A DNA stretch of 64,000 bases, taken from the NCBI RefSeq assembly GCF_964355755.1, contig NC_092670.1:11704795-11768794 (forward strand), read 5' to 3'. Within the stretch, counting starts at the first letter, position 1. Every line of letters begins with the position of its first letter. The stretch is from Antedon mediterranea (Eukaryota > Animalia > Echinodermata). Position numbers and translations under genes: made by a program. The notes under the pieces were generated by a model. That model did not search any database, was not told where the DNA came from, and saw only the letters and a list, made by a program, of their open reading frames with translations. Positions 61,266 through 64,000 of the stretch are shown piece after piece.

Positions 61266-62514
61266 ACTGGAAATAGCTGAAGTGAGTACTTGATGAGTGA
61301 TTTATCGAAAGTCAAATTCTTTACAACAACAAAAATACTAAATGATCTATAAATAATGAAAAATTTGACAATGTTCAACATGAATCTGTAGCGTTTAAAC
61401 CAAGCGTCGTAAAGTTTATCTACGGGTTTTATTTCGGGCTTATCAAGCCTTCCATCGCGCCCCATCAGTACTTCTTTGCCTTCTACAAAATTGTCACTTT
61501 GTCATTTGTTGCCACAATATTTGATTTTGGGTTCCTGAAAAAGAAACAAAAATGTAAACTCAATTATTTACGTATCTTAGATTGCCAAATTTGTAAACAA
61601 AACACTGTTGAGGACAGATTTATTTCGATCGATTATGATATTTTTAATAATGATTTAAAAAATAAATCTATTCCAAGATTTATTTATGTTACCCTCCTAT
61701 TAACAAGTTAATATGTTTATATGTTAATATTGTTTTATTATTTTCTATAATTTAGAAAAACAATGTCCACCTTGCTTTTGAAAGGAGAAATAATTATGAA
61801 ATTTGAATTATAGTATTATAAGTGTACATGAATACGTTCCTTAATAATTGAAAGAAGACTAATATATAATTCAGATAATTCAGATAATATTTATTTAGAT
61901 ATGAATGAATAATACAAAATAGAAAAAAGATATTAAAGTGAACCTAGATAAAGCAGTAATTGGTAGTCATTATTATCATGGATCCCTTCTAGAAGTTAAA
62001 AACTTGTCTCTTAGGGATCCACAACAAAACACATTACTAAAAAAAATTAAAAAAACCTAGAATATATAATTACATAATTTAGGATAAGAAATTACAGTAT
62101 AATAACATATAACTAACATCTTCTTTATAAAAATTATTTAAATTATGTGATTTAAACGCACTTACCGATGTTAGATTATACAGGCATCTTATTTTTTCTG
62201 AAATTTCTTTCCAGTCCGATTGATTTTTGTTAGCTAGTGCTACAATGTTATTGTACTGGCTATCTCGGCTACATAATACGAGCCTATGATCTGAAAATGT
62301 GTTAAATAGAAATATAACTTAAGATGATTTTTATATAATAATTATACACAAAACATGGACCTCTAACATGTTATAATCTGCTAGCCATGGCCTAGCCTGC
62401 TTCTTAAACATACATTCTGCACACATGCATTTAATGCCTAAAATAATATTGTAATTAAAAGCTTTACATTGTTACATTACCGGCCGTATTATATAATAAT
62501 AAATAGAAGCCGGT

Positions 62515-64000
62515 TAACACTAAACCGTTCGTTATAGGTAATGTTTATAGACCACCAAATTCGTGTACTGGATTTGTTGATATAATGCATGATCAAATAT
62601 CTTTTATACTAGATAGTATAAGAGAGATTATTGTTGTTGGTGACTTAAATTGGAATATATTTGATAAACAGCATTCTCGGAACATTAAAACCCTCCACCA
62701 AATTTTCCAATTAAACCAGTATATTAAAACTCCAACGCGCGTAACAGAAAACAGTAGTAGTTGTATTGATTTAATTTTTTCAAATAGGGATGACTTTATA
62801 AGCAAAACTGGAGTTGTACCAATTGGAATTAGCGATCACTCATTGATATATGCAATACGTAAAAAAATTAAAATAAAATTGCCCCCGCGTATTTACATAC
62901 GAGAACCTTCCGGAAATTTAACAAAGATTTGTTTATTTCTGATCTTGCATCTGCTCCGTGGAGTATTTGTGAGGCGTCCGAGGATGCTGACGAGGCTTGG
63001 GACATTTGGAAACACATACAGGAGGATGTAAACATGAACTTAACAACTACCGTCCAATATCTGTTATACCTATTGTTATGAAAGTTTTTGAAAGATGCAT
63101 CCATAATCAAGTTATGAATCATATAAATGAGTTTAATTTATTATGTAAAAATCAATCTGGTTTTAGGTCGTTACATTCAACTTCTACTACACTGATAGAT
63201 GTATGCAATTATATATATAAAAATATTGATAATGGCTTGGTAACTGGAGCAATTTTTCTTGACCTAAAAAAGGCGTTTGATACGGTAGACCACGATATTT
63301 TATTACGTAAATTATGCACCTTTGGAATGATAAACACTGAGCTTGCATGGTTCAGTAATTATTTAAAAAATCGCAAACAATTTGTTAATTTTAATGGAAA
63401 AAAATCTGAAATTTTAAATGTCAACTATGGGGTACCACAAGGCTCAATGCTTGGTCCTTTGTTGTTTATTTTATACATAAATGACTTACATGATAGTGTT
63501 GATGGGATTTGTAAAACAGTCCTCTATGCAGACGACACTGCGCTTTTTTATGCATGTAAATCAAATGAAGAGCTTACAACAGTTTTAACTGAACAGTTGG
63601 AAAATGTAAAACAATGGTTAGATAAACATAAATTAACTCTAAACATTGATAAAACCAAATACATGCTTTTTGGTACTCATGCACGTGTTAATAAAACAAC
63701 AGATGAAACAGTAATTTTTGATAACATTCCGATTGAGAAAGTTGAAACGTTTAAATATTTGGGACTTACATTTGATGAACAACTCTCATGGAAAGTACAT
63801 ATTGATTCTATATGTGCAAAACTATCAAAAATTCTACATCTATTTTATAGATTGAAAAGTTTTACATCTCCTAAAATTATTAAAAGATTATACAATGTTC
63901 TATTTTTATCACATATTGACTATTGTTCAACAGTCTGGGGTACTGGTTCAAACGCCCATATTTTAAAATTGCAAAGGGTACAAAATAGAGCTGCGCGATT
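62515..64000 (+). mobile_element. CR1/L2-like LINE ORF2 (endonuclease plus RT), internally deleted, runs off the window
   Basis: Endonuclease motifs VYRPPNS, GDLN, PTRVT...CIDLIF, ISDH. Abrupt jump at about 63020 to RT motifs NNYRPIS, QSGFR, FLDLKKAFDTVDH, GVPQGSMLGPLLF, YADD, FKYLG. Confidence 0.9.

Overview
AT-rich, intron-containing animal DNA. The gene content and frequent TAGGCCTA motifs suggest a marine invertebrate, possibly an echinoderm (inference only). Host genes: 3-exon MRPS14 (+); 4-exon clan-2-like cytochrome P450 (-); a mosaic F-type lectin-kringle-LamG-PAN gene (-) with two apparent frameshifts; an intronless membrane-anchored NB-ARC/STAND-TPR gene (-); and two fibrinogen-related (FReD) genes (+). 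FReD-A is interrupted inside an exon by an apparently intact, very young Ty3/gypsy element (matching 1228-bp LTRs, tRNA-Phe PBS, UUUAAAC -1 frameshift site). FReD-B is cut by a segmental-duplication junction. The rest is dense with mobile DNA: two 5'-truncated Rex1/Babar-type LINEs, CR1/L2-like LINEs, Harbinger- and Kolobok-like MITEs, triple-nested TIR elements with 5-bp TSDs, a decayed P-element/THAP9 transposase, and two P-like excision footprints, one with its empty site in the window. All gene models were read by eye from splice signals and reading phase; no database search was possible.
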